Part shown: positions 1 to 6,891 of the stretch, piece after piece
How the letters are laid out: every line of letters begins with the position of its first letter
Position numbering within the stretch: position 1 is the stretch's first letter
Origin: a virus
Reading direction: 5' to 3' (one strand)
Length of the DNA stretch: 39,246 bases
IMG/VR virus record: IMGVR_UViG_3300045988_059661
Notes under the pieces: generated by a model
What the model was told of the DNA's origin: nothing
Database searches by the model: none
The model's input: the letters and a program-made list of their open reading frames with translations, nothing else
Program-made: the position numbers and the translations under genes

Positions 1-119
1 CTTTTTAATCGTCGGGGGAAAGGCTCATTTTTCTTATACCTCACAGGAAGGAATAAACGCTGACTTGTCAACCGATGGAGTCTTAGGTTTTATTTTAAAA
101 TTATTAAAACAAAAAAAAG
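1..119 (+). repeat. Terminal direct repeat, copy 1 (identical to 39128-39246); contig-closure overlap or direct terminal repeat
   Basis: Exact 119/119 identity between the window start and end, read directly from the sequence. Confidence 0.95.
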
Positions 120-193
120 ACTCCCACGTATCCGTGGAAGTCCTTCAAAAAATTACTGATGATTTAAACATAAAAACGCCAAAAGACGACTAG
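2..193 (+). CDS. 3' portion of the wrap-around CDS (continues from 38316-39246); the unique part is 120-193 with TAG at 191-193
   Basis: The reading frame of the ORF starting at 38316 continues without interruption through the repeat (…LKLLKQKK|DSHVSVEVLQKITDDLNIKTPKDD*). Confidence 0.6.
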   Translation, partial: FLIVGGKAHFSYTSQEGINADLSTDGVLGFILKLLKQKKDSHVSVEVLQKITDDLNIKTPKDD

Positions 194-384
194 TTAATGA
201 CTAAATATTTTCGTCTCAGCGAAAATAGAACAATAATAACACTAGCAATCCATCTACCAATATCTATATATTGATTTAAGTAGATACCCCCTATATAGAG
301 ACCTAAAGAAATTATTATACACACGATTGATGTAAAAATAAGAAAGAGGAAAATTGTTGAAATTATTCCCCTGATTTTCCCCAT
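190..384 (-). CDS. Small two-TM membrane protein (64 aa), unknown function
   Basis: ATG at 384 preceded by GGAGGAGG at 5-nt spacing; two hydrophobic helices; convergent with the wrap-around gene. Confidence 0.45.
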   Translation of the reverse strand: MGKIRGIISTIFLFLIFTSIVCIIISLGLYIGGIYLNQYIDIGRWIASVIIVLFSLRRKYLVIN

Positions 385-455
385 AATACCTCCTCCTTCC
401 ATATATTGATCTTCTTTTTCTAATTGTATCACGTATTTTACATTTTATATATCGA

Positions 456-471
456 TTTTCCTATAGGAAAA
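456..471. promoter_or_regulatory. Perfect 16-bp palindrome TTTTCCTATAGGAAAA adjacent to the putative promoter of the 190-384 gene
   Basis: Self-complementary 16-mer; a minus-strand extended -10 (TGaTACAAT, 423-431) and TCGATA -35 lie just downstream. Confidence 0.3.
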
Positions 472-531
472 TATAATTTTGCTATACTTAGTTTTATTCC
501 CATTATCCATACGAATTTATTGAACGGGAGC

Positions 532-571
532 CTTATTAGCAGACCGACATTGATGTCGGTCTGCTAATAAG
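532..571. repeat. 40-bp inverted repeat with perfect 19-bp arms and a 2-bp centre (CTTATTAGCAGACCGACAT tg ATGTCGGTCTGCTAATAAG); a second 7-bp-stem hairpin follows at 572-593
   Basis: Exact reverse-complement arms; no U-tract on either strand. Confidence 0.9.
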
Positions 572-641
572 AAATGGCATATTTAAGCCATTTAAAGAAT
601 CTTAAAGAGTTTTTCTATTAAAATCTATGACAGAAGGAGGT

Positions 642-670
642 TTGACAGGAGCTTATTATCATGATATATT
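642..670 (+). promoter_or_regulatory. Sigma-A-type promoter upstream of the abi gene: -35 TTGACA (642-647), 17-bp spacer, TGn plus -10 TATATT (662-670)
   Basis: Consensus -35, optimal spacer and extended -10. Confidence 0.5.
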
Positions 671-710
671 ATGTCCATGGTATCTGGGGAGACTGAAAAG
701 TCGCAACCTG

Positions 711-750
711 AAAGAGCCGTGTACATAACACGTTATGTGCACGGCTCTTT
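711..750 (+). promoter_or_regulatory. Near-perfect 40-bp inverted repeat (19-bp arms, one mismatch) in the abi 5' leader; RNA hairpin followed by a U-rich tract (TTTATGTTATT); intrinsic-terminator/attenuator-like, or an operator
   Basis: AAAGAGCCGTGTACATAAC ac GTTATGTGCACGGCTCTTT; it ends 8 nt before the abi ATG at 759, and no SD precedes that ATG. Confidence 0.5.
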
Positions 751-758
751 ATGTTATT

Positions 759-1826
759 ATGAAACCATTTAAAACATACGATGAGCAAATCGAGCTTCTA
801 CAAAACCGCGGGCTTCTTCCTAATATTTCCGAAGTAACAGTTTTTCATATCAAAAATAGGCCCGATAAAGTATTACTCCCCGTTAACCCACTAAACATTA
901 GGAAACTTAACTTTTCCAAGTCACAAGCCACCAAATACGCAAAGGAGCTCCTACAAACATACGGGTATTATAATATTGTAAACCAATACAATAAGCCATT
1001 CTTACAGAGTGACGGAAATTACCAAGCTGATATCGACTTTTTCATGTTATTCAGCCTTCATCAGATTGATACTAAAATGGAAAATATTATTTTTTACCCT
1101 ATTTTACAAGTAGAGCAACGATTAAAAACCTGTATTGCATATGAATTTGCAAAATCTTACGGTCCATTTGAGGGAGATATTATTAAGAATTATATTGAGC
1201 CCTATTTCCAACCGGCTAATTATAATCAGTATTTAAAGACAAAAAAGGGGGTCCCTAAATACACCCTCCTGATTAAAAAATTAAAGGACATTTACGCAGA
1301 CGCTGAATACAAACCATTTCAACATTATAAAACTCATCATTCGCATATCCCAATTTGGGTATTTATAAATAAGCTTACTTATGGAGAATTGTTTCATTTT
1401 TACGAGGTTCTAAAAATTCAGCTAAATATAGCTGCCAATTTTAAGCTGACTCCCAGCCAACTTCGTACAATAATGTTATTTTTAAACCAAGTTAGAAATG
1501 ACTGTGCTCATTTCTCCGGATTTTATAACCAGCGATATCCCTATATAAAAAAAGATGTTCCTTTATTAAGTGCGTTTCAAAGTAAATTCTCTTTTCAGTC
1601 CCAACGGGAAGTCCCTAACATGTTTTTATTGCTTATCATTTTTAAATACTTATTACCTAAATCAAACTTTGATTTACTTTCAAAAACTGTAAAACGCGAA
1701 ATATTTGACTTTATTTCTGAGAAATATATCCCCAAAATAAGTGAGCATATGAAAGATAAACTAGCCATTCCCTCGAAAAAAGATTGTGACGATAAATTTA
1801 GTTTTTTAGAGCATTATAAAATATGA
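759..1826 (+). CDS. Abi_2-family abortive infection protein (AbiD/AbiF-like)
   Basis: N-terminus MKPFKTYDEQIELLQNRGL matches the conserved Abi_2 N-terminal motif; 355 aa; lies between the contig junction and int. Confidence 0.75.
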   Translation: MKPFKTYDEQIELLQNRGLLPNISEVTVFHIKNRPDKVLLPVNPLNIRKLNFSKSQATKYAKELLQTYGYYNIVNQYNKPFLQSDGNYQADIDFFMLFSLHQIDTKMENIIFYPILQVEQRLKTCIAYEFAKSYGPFEGDIIKNYIEPYFQPANYNQYLKTKKGVPKYTLLIKKLKDIYADAEYKPFQHYKTHHSHIPIWVFINKLTYGELFHFYEVLKIQLNIAANFKLTPSQLRTIMLFLNQVRNDCAHFSGFYNQRYPYIKKDVPLLSAFQSKFSFQSQREVPNMFLLLIIFKYLLPKSNFDLLSKTVKREIFDFISEKYIPKISEHMKDKLAIPSKKDCDDKFSFLEHYKI

Positions 1827-1832
1827 TTTTGC

Positions 1833-1862
1833 TAGTCCAGTATTTTGTCTAAAACTGGACTA
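1833..1862 (+). terminator. Stem-loop (9-bp stem TAGTCCAGT/ACTGGACTA, 12-nt loop) just after the abi stop; weak terminator or regulatory hairpin
   Basis: Perfect 9-bp inverted repeat 7 nt after the TGA at 1824-1826; no strong U-tract. Confidence 0.3.
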
Positions 1863-2015
1863 ACGACTAAAAAATGCCCGCACTCTGCTACCAACAGAAT
1901 ACGGGCGTGCCGGGTACTACCAATACCACGGCGATATAATCCACCTTCTCACGGGCTGATTACGCTATCAGTATATCATAATCAGCCCCTTTTCAGAAAG
2001 GAGCTGTATTTTTTT

Positions 2016-3245
2016 ATGATCTCTAAGAAAAAAGAAATATATTACGTCGTCATTACACAGAAAGACCCTTTGACGAATGCCTGGAAAAAGAAATGGATAC
2101 GATCCGGCACGAGTAAACGTGAGGCCGAAAAGCTTGAACGGAAACTTATGAGCGAGAAGGACGAAGGGGCAATTATTTTAACGGGAAGAGGAATTCCTAC
2201 ACTACTTGATTTTCTCACCAGGTGGCTCGACACGTGCATTAAACCGCCTGCTCGTAAGGTTGCTACTTATACTAATTACAGGGCTATCTGCAAGCGAGTT
2301 ATAGCTGATTTAGGTGGACATAAGCTTGATAAGGTTACGCCGCTTATGATTGCTACTTATTACAAAGAATTAAGTAGCCGAGGGCTTTCTAATACTACCA
2401 TTCGACTGACGCACCGCATCCTGAAGGCCGCGTTAGACCAAGCGGTAAAATGGCAGCTCTTAAATCGCAATCCGCTAATAGATATAGCTCCTCCGGCGCC
2501 GATTAAACCGAAAAATGAAGCCCTTACTACTACTGATGCATTGTCCTTAATTGAATACGCCACTGAACAGTCGAAACAATCAGGATACACTCGAAATAAA
2601 GTAAGCTGTATTCTTTTGCTCGGTATCTTCTGCGGATTGCGTCGTGGAGAGATTGCGGGGCTTCGTTGGCAAGACGTTGACTTTACCGAGTCTACTTTAC
2701 ACATCCGGCATAGTCTTTTGCGAATTCCCATTAATGATTTAGCCAGGCTTGATTATCCGTATATCAAAAGAAGCACAAATTCGGCCCTTGTATTAGACAC
2801 TGTAAAAACGGAAGCGTCTGATAATAGCATTATTGTTCCGCAGCATGTTATCTCTTTTCTTCGTCATGTAAAACACCAATACGACACTAACCGCATGCGA
2901 TTTGGGCCGCATTTTCATAATACCCAGTTCGTTATGGCCAATGAAATCGGAGACCCTTATGATCCGAACTGGTACCGCAAAACTCTACACAAGCTAATTC
3001 AATCCTACAATGATAGTCATCCAGGTCGTCCTCCGCTTCCTCTTATACGAGTTCACGACCTTCGGCATACGGCAGCCACTATCCTACTGGAAAATGATGT
3101 GGATATTAAGCTTGTAAGCCGTCAGCTTCGTCACTCGGATACGGGTATAACACAGAACCTCTATCAGCACGTGACGGAACGCCTGGAATCAAAGATTGCG
3201 AACACGCTAGACAGTCTAATGAATGCCGCCAATGCAGAAAAATAA
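2016..3245 (+). CDS. int: Tyrosine integrase (phage integrase family) with an N-terminal arm-binding AP2-like domain
   Basis: C-terminal HDLRHTAATILLENDVDIKLVSRQLRHSDTGITQNLYQHV (R…HxxR…Y catalytic motifs); ATG 2016 after AAAGGAG; the upstream part of the long ORF contains the hairpin and is probably non-coding. Confidence 0.9.
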   Translation: MISKKKEIYYVVITQKDPLTNAWKKKWIRSGTSKREAEKLERKLMSEKDEGAIILTGRGIPTLLDFLTRWLDTCIKPPARKVATYTNYRAICKRVIADLGGHKLDKVTPLMIATYYKELSSRGLSNTTIRLTHRILKAALDQAVKWQLLNRNPLIDIAPPAPIKPKNEALTTTDALSLIEYATEQSKQSGYTRNKVSCILLLGIFCGLRRGEIAGLRWQDVDFTESTLHIRHSLLRIPINDLARLDYPYIKRSTNSALVLDTVKTEASDNSIIVPQHVISFLRHVKHQYDTNRMRFGPHFHNTQFVMANEIGDPYDPNWYRKTLHKLIQSYNDSHPGRPPLPLIRVHDLRHTAATILLENDVDIKLVSRQLRHSDTGITQNLYQHVTERLESKIANTLDSLMNAANAEK

Positions 3246-3248
3246 GTT

Positions 3249-3287
3249 TATGGTAGAAAGTATGGTAGAAAACCTTCTTTCTACCAT
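3249..3287 (+). repeat. attP P-arm: tandem arm-type repeats TATGGTAGAAAG/TATGGTAGAAAA (3249-3272) plus an inverted copy TTCTACCAT (3279-3287)
   Basis: 12-bp unit repeated directly; it starts 4 nt after the int stop; the same unit recurs at 3516-3538. Confidence 0.55.
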
Positions 3288-3349
3288 TTATTTTTACTAA
3301 AAACAGACAAACAAAAAAGGACTGCAAATGCAGTCCCTGTCTTACAGTA

Positions 3350-3412
3350 TGGCGGAGAGTCAGGGATTTGAACCCTGGGTACGGAGTTCACCGCACACAT
3401 GATTTCCAATCA
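3350..3412 (-). tRNA. tRNA-Ser(GGA)-like 3' fragment (anticodon loop to CCA), the attP core; not a complete tRNA gene
   Basis: Minus strand reads tgaTTGGAAAtca…GCGGTGAACTCCGT (long variable arm)…CAGGGTTCAAATCCCTG (T-arm) ACTCTCC G CCA; no complementary 5' acceptor strand or D-arm upstream. Confidence 0.6.
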
Positions 3413-3515
3413 GTTTAGCCGATTCTTGTGCGTCAGTAGACAGTACGCTACATACCGTCATTAAGCCATTTCTTAGGTATCGCCCTTTGCTGTGCGGTGC
3501 AAATTTTTGAAACTT

Positions 3516-3538
3516 TGGTAGAAAATATGGTAGAAAAT
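3516..3538 (+). repeat. attP P'-arm: tandem arm-type repeats TTGGTAGAAAA/TATGGTAGAAAA
   Basis: Same 11-12-bp unit and orientation as 3249-3272; overlaps the stop codon of the RHH gene. Confidence 0.55.
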
Positions 3539-3699
3539 TAAGCTTCGTTAATTAGCCGGCGAATGGCTTCCGACCGGTTTAACCCTTGAGCCTCGGCATA
3601 CAAATCAAGTCGTTTTAAAGTTTCTTTATCGATCCGTAGCCTTATGGTCGTATCTTTCGGTGCATCCGTCGGACGACCTAACTTTTTTCCTTGATTCAT
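3538..3699 (-). CDS. Ribbon-helix-helix (CopG/Arc-like) DNA-binding protein, 53 aa; candidate regulator or recombination directionality factor
   Basis: MNQGKKLGRPT…IRLRIDKETLKRLDLYAEAQGLNRSEAIRRLI is an RHH pattern; ATG 3699 after AGGGGG. Confidence 0.65.
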   Translation of the reverse strand: MNQGKKLGRPTDAPKDTTIRLRIDKETLKRLDLYAEAQGLNRSEAIRRLINEA

Positions 3700-3703
3700 A
3701 TTA

Positions 3704-3850
3704 CTACCCCCTAATAATCCGTTTAATGGCCTCACAATAAACCAATCCCGTTATTATAGCTTTGAACGTATCAAATGTATGCGGAAGTACTACCGTCATA
3801 GAAATTGCCGCCGCCAAATACGCCAATCCTATCATGCGTCTATTGTTCAT
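3704..3850 (-). CDS. Small membrane protein (48 aa)
   Basis: ATG 3850 after AAGGGAG; one hydrophobic helix; the TAG overlaps the RBS of the RHH gene. Confidence 0.35.
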   Translation of the reverse strand: MNNRRMIGLAYLAAAISMTVVLPHTFDTFKAIITGLVYCEAIKRIIRG

Positions 3851-3922
3851 TTTCACTGCTCCCTTCTGATATATGTTATAATGGGAGAAGGTCGGGGGCT
3901 TTCGCCCCCTTCCCCCGCCTCG

Positions 3923-4039
3923 TTATCTCCGCTTATGCTTGCTAGGCTTTCGGCGATTTCGGGGCTTTTCCTTACTCCAGATTGCCAGCGCTATCGATAC
4001 TAGCAATCCGATGAGCCACTCCCAATCGGCTCGTTCCAT
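3923..4039 (-). CDS. Small membrane protein (38 aa) with a basic C-tail
   Basis: ATG 4039 after GGAGGTG; MERADWEWLIGLLVSIALAIW then KR-rich. Confidence 0.35.
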   Translation of the reverse strand: MERADWEWLIGLLVSIALAIWSKEKPRNRRKPSKHKRR

Positions 4040-4119
4040 CTTTTCTCACCTCCTGATTATATTATATATTATGTAGCTACAAAAGTCAAGTATTTTCTTG
4101 ATTTTCACACATAAAAAAA

Positions 4120-4149
4120 GGCCTCCCAGAATATACTGGAAGGCCTTTT
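4120..4149. terminator. Bidirectional rho-independent terminator ending the minus-strand late/lysis operon
   Basis: AAGGCCTCCCAG…CTGGAAGGCCTT hairpin flanked by A7 (4113-4119) and T4 (4146-4149). Confidence 0.7.
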
Positions 4150-4151
4150 GC

Positions 4152-4433
4152 TTATTTCTTACTCAATTCGGTAAGTCCGTCTTGAATTGTCTGTATGATA
4201 TTGTCTATCGCAGAATTAATGACTCGCAGATAAATCCGATTACGAATCTTTACCCATACGGATTGAGTCGTTTCGATTTCTGCCTGTAACGGTGCTGTAA
4301 TCGTCTTCAATTGTTCTGCAACTAGCGGTCGCAAATCATCGGCAGATAACGCCGCTAACGTAGCCGTCGCTTGGTCTTTTGCCGCCTGTGCTGCTTCCTT
4401 GGCAAGAATGTTCAAGATTTGTTTTTTGTCCAT
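4152..4433 (-). CDS. Hypothetical protein (93 aa), last gene of the lysis cassette
   Basis: AAGGAG RBS; Ala/Gln-rich predicted helical protein. Confidence 0.55.
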   Translation of the reverse strand: MDKKQILNILAKEAAQAAKDQATATLAALSADDLRPLVAEQLKTITAPLQAEIETTQSVWVKIRNRIYLRVINSAIDNIIQTIQDGLTELSKK

Positions 4434-4455
4434 AATTATCGCTCCTTATAAAACA

Positions 4456-5034
4456 TTAAATATTCTTTAACCCGCCGTAAGCACGGTACCAGTTAGCGTT
4501 TCCTCTCAACTGGTTGCCGCCTGTGCCGGGTTCTTCGCCGTTCCTTAAGACCCACAAATCCCACCGTTCACCGGTACTGTTCGGGCCGTAATCTTCATGG
4601 GTATTCAGGCCGTCTTCATTGTCAGCCGCTTCGGCGTGCGTCATGACTCGATTTAAATCGATAGTCAAATCAAGTGCATCAGCAAGTACGCATATAACTT
4701 GTGACACTGCATTAATTTGTGCTTCTGTCGGCGGATAAGGGCCCAGATTATCAGGCCCCGTTGCATCGTAAGCGCAGCACAAAGTAATAGCTATACTGCC
4801 GGTATTACGCCGATACGTTGCCGATTTGACCTCAGCTAAATCATTCGTCGATACAAATACCCTGCCGTCGCCTGTGATATTCACGTGGTAATCATCGAAC
4901 GTTTGGTCATAACGAGCTGCCGTCCAATGGATATACAGTTTAACATCACGATCAAGACTTCTCGCTCCATTCCACAGGTCCCAATATGCCGCCTTTGCTA
5001 AGGACTTCAATTCGTGTAGCGTTACTTCTCTCAT
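4456..5034 (-). CDS. Endolysin, N-acetylmuramoyl-L-alanine amidase (Amidase_2/PGRP-like); catalytic domain only
   Basis: Amidase_2-like motifs (…YHVNITGDG…THAEAAD…); AAAGGAG RBS; directly follows the holin. Confidence 0.75.
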   Translation of the reverse strand: MREVTLHELKSLAKAAYWDLWNGARSLDRDVKLYIHWTAARYDQTFDDYHVNITGDGRVFVSTNDLAEVKSATYRRNTGSIAITLCCAYDATGPDNLGPYPPTEAQINAVSQVICVLADALDLTIDLNRVMTHAEAADNEDGLNTHEDYGPNSTGERWDLWVLRNGEEPGTGGNQLRGNANWYRAYGGLKNI

Positions 5035-5213
5035 TGTTCATCACTCCTTTCTGATTTGTGTACAGCCGTCTTAGCTCCGCCAATATAGCCTAAAAGGCCA
5101 CTTGCTATCGACATAGCCAACTCATTGAGACTAAATAAAATAGCCATCACAAGGGCTGCAACCAACCCTGTGATGACTACTAAGTCTGCCACATTTACCT
5201 TGTCGATATTCAT
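5031..5213 (-). CDS. Holin (60 aa, two TM segments)
   Basis: MNIDKVNVADLVVITGLVAALVMAILFSLNELAMSIASGLLGYIGG with a charged C-tail; overlaps the amidase start (ATGA). Confidence 0.65.
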   Translation of the reverse strand: MNIDKVNVADLVVITGLVAALVMAILFSLNELAMSIASGLLGYIGGAKTAVHKSERSDEQ

Positions 5214-5536
5214 GATTTCTTCTCTTTCTCGTGCAGCTCATTACGCAAATCATTTACACGAGCCTCTAATACGTCAACCCGCCCAACAAGTTGTAAATGC
5301 CGTTGTGCTTGTTGTATACGGTCTTGCCGAGATAGCTTGATTTCTTCCTTCAATTCTCGCAATGTTTCAATTAACGTGTCGTACTTAGACGAGAAGAATG
5401 TGCGGTCATTGATTCGGTCTTCTTCGAGCCGTTGCAAGAACGGCCGTACAATCAAGTAATAAGCCATGCCGCCGAGCGTGCTTATAATCGTAAGCGTTGT
5501 CAGTACATCTGCAAGCTCAAAACTCCATGTCCACAT
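5210..5536 (-). CDS. XhlA-like membrane/coiled-coil lysis-associated protein (putative)
   Basis: N-terminal TM helix then a long coiled coil; position matches PBSX xhlA before the holin; ATG 5536 after AAGGAGG at 6-nt spacing. Confidence 0.45.
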   Translation of the reverse strand: MWTWSFELADVLTTLTIISTLGGMAYYLIVRPFLQRLEEDRINDRTFFSSKYDTLIETLRELKEEIKLSRQDRIQQAQRHLQLVGRVDVLEARVNDLRNELHEKEKKS

Positions 5537-5548
5537 CGGCAACCTCCT

Positions 5549-6544
5549 TTACAGTATGTCTCGCTTAACATAGCTAACCCCTACGCCGTTATCCCACGTC
5601 GAGCCATCGCAGTCGATATTCGCCCAACTAAACACGTCATCGGCGTACCCTTCTTCTCGGCCCTTCCGTCTGAACTCAAGGTTAAGCCGCTCGGACTGAC
5701 TAGGCAACTGAATATACCTGGGCATTTCTTTATCTCTCGGGAAATACGCTTTGCTCGTCAGCTTCGCAAGTAACATCATGCCTGTAATTGTAATGTCATC
5801 GCCACTCGAAAGTTCGTTAAGCTCAAGGCTGTCGAAGTGAAGCGAGTCAAGATTCGGATTGCTATATATCGTGTCGAACATGGCGTATGCCGGGAAGTCG
5901 ATAACCGCCTGCCCGTCTGCACGACGATAAATCTTCACGCCGTTCTCATTGAACAGCTCTTCATCGCTTCCCCCTGTCGATACTGCCGGGATTGTAAGCG
6001 AAGCGGCCGTACCGTCGTTGCTGTTCGGATACTCCATGGTGAGAATCTTTTCGTTGCCGTCGAACGGCTGCATGAGTGCAAAGTCGAGCCGTCCGCTGTC
6101 GGGTATCATCTGACGATTGCCGTTCGTGTCGACCACGTAAAAACCGGGCTGTCCTTCGACATGTACGACCGTGTCGCCGACTGCAACCGACGTACCATCA
6201 ACAAGCTTGAATTCGGCAAGATATGAGGTATAGCGACCGTCGGGAATAACTTCACGTAACAAGGCCTTGAGAAGGTCTTCGATTCCGTCGCTGTCGACCT
6301 TCATCGCTCTGTTCTTCATCATCTGATATACAGTCGGAAAGTTCAAGCTGACCGCTTCGCTTGTGCCGTTCGCTCCGTCTCTGCCTTTAAGACTTTCGAG
6401 CCATTCATCGACTGTACCGACGAAGCCCTGTTCGACCGCAACCTCGTAAGCACTCTTGCCGTCCTTACCGGGTAAGCCCGGGACTTGAACGGCAATGTTC
6501 AGCGGATTCGGCAATGTCAATTCTACTTTTTGTTTTTCTTCCAT
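5549..6544 (-). CDS. Tail fibre protein with an N-terminal collagen-like GXX tract
   Basis: GLPGKDGKS repeat near the N-terminus; GAGGGGG RBS. Confidence 0.65.
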   Translation of the reverse strand: MEEKQKVELTLPNPLNIAVQVPGLPGKDGKSAYEVAVEQGFVGTVDEWLESLKGRDGANGTSEAVSLNFPTVYQMMKNRAMKVDSDGIEDLLKALLREVIPDGRYTSYLAEFKLVDGTSVAVGDTVVHVEGQPGFYVVDTNGNRQMIPDSGRLDFALMQPFDGNEKILTMEYPNSNDGTAASLTIPAVSTGGSDEELFNENGVKIYRRADGQAVIDFPAYAMFDTIYSNPNLDSLHFDSLELNELSSGDDITITGMMLLAKLTSKAYFPRDKEMPRYIQLPSQSERLNLEFRRKGREEGYADDVFSWANIDCDGSTWDNGVGVSYVKRDIL

Positions 6545-6574
6545 TTTTTTGTTCCCCCTCTTTGGTGATGCGGA

Positions 6575-6889
6575 TTAGTGCATCGAAACATCTCTTATTA
6601 TCGTCATTTTTCCCATAACAATTTTGTACGTCCATTCGGGCGTATGAATAAATACATCGTACTTTGCGTGCATGACTTTCGGATTCGCTTGAAGACTTAC
6701 CGATGACGGGATCCGAACCTCGGCCGTGTTCTCGTTCATTCGGCAGTCGCCTTGCATAATTAAAATACCGTTCATCGCTCGGACCTTCATTACAACACTG
6801 GCGGCTGAATAGTCGCCGTTCTCGTTCGGGATAACGTAATTCCTCGCCCAGTCCGACCCGATGTGTAATTCGTCATCGAAATGTATCAT
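6575..6889 (-). CDS. Hypothetical tail-fibre-associated protein (104 aa)
   Basis: ORF between two fibre genes; weak RBS. Confidence 0.45.
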   Translation of the reverse strand: MIHFDDELHIGSDWARNYVIPNENGDYSAASVVMKVRAMNGILIMQGDCRMNENTAEVRIPSSVSLQANPKVMHAKYDVFIHTPEWTYKIVMGKMTIIRDVSMH

Positions 6890-6891
6890 CG

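Noticed and set aside
1-119. Terminal repeats as attL/attR of an integrated prophage
   Set aside because: That would require a host gene with a 3' end identical to a phage gene. The ORF is continuous across the junction and a complete attP (core plus both arms) sits internally, so a closed or terminally redundant phage genome is more parsimonious.
1845-2015. N-terminal 57-codon extension of the integrase ORF (TTG 1845)
   Set aside because: The region contains a 9-bp-stem hairpin and promoter-like AT-rich sequence. A conserved integrase N-terminus begins at ATG 2016 with AAAGGAG upstream.
3350-3440. Complete tRNA or tmRNA gene downstream of int
   Set aside because: Only the T-arm, variable arm, anticodon loop and acceptor 3' strand plus CCA are present. 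No GGRGRGT 5' acceptor strand or D-arm exists upstream, and tmRNA 5'/3' pairing (GGGG…CCCC) is absent. It was called a 3' fragment (attP core) instead.
3779-4003. Plus-strand 74-aa ORF
   Set aside because: It overlaps two better-supported minus-strand small ORFs and has no RBS.
5837-6226. Plus-strand ORFs embedded opposite the minus-strand late genes (e.g. 5837-6226, 7334-7651, 12802-14304, 16246-16641, 21885-22776, 29591-30511)
   Set aside because: These are antisense shadow ORFs inside well-supported structural and replication genes. They lack an RBS and have low-complexity composition.
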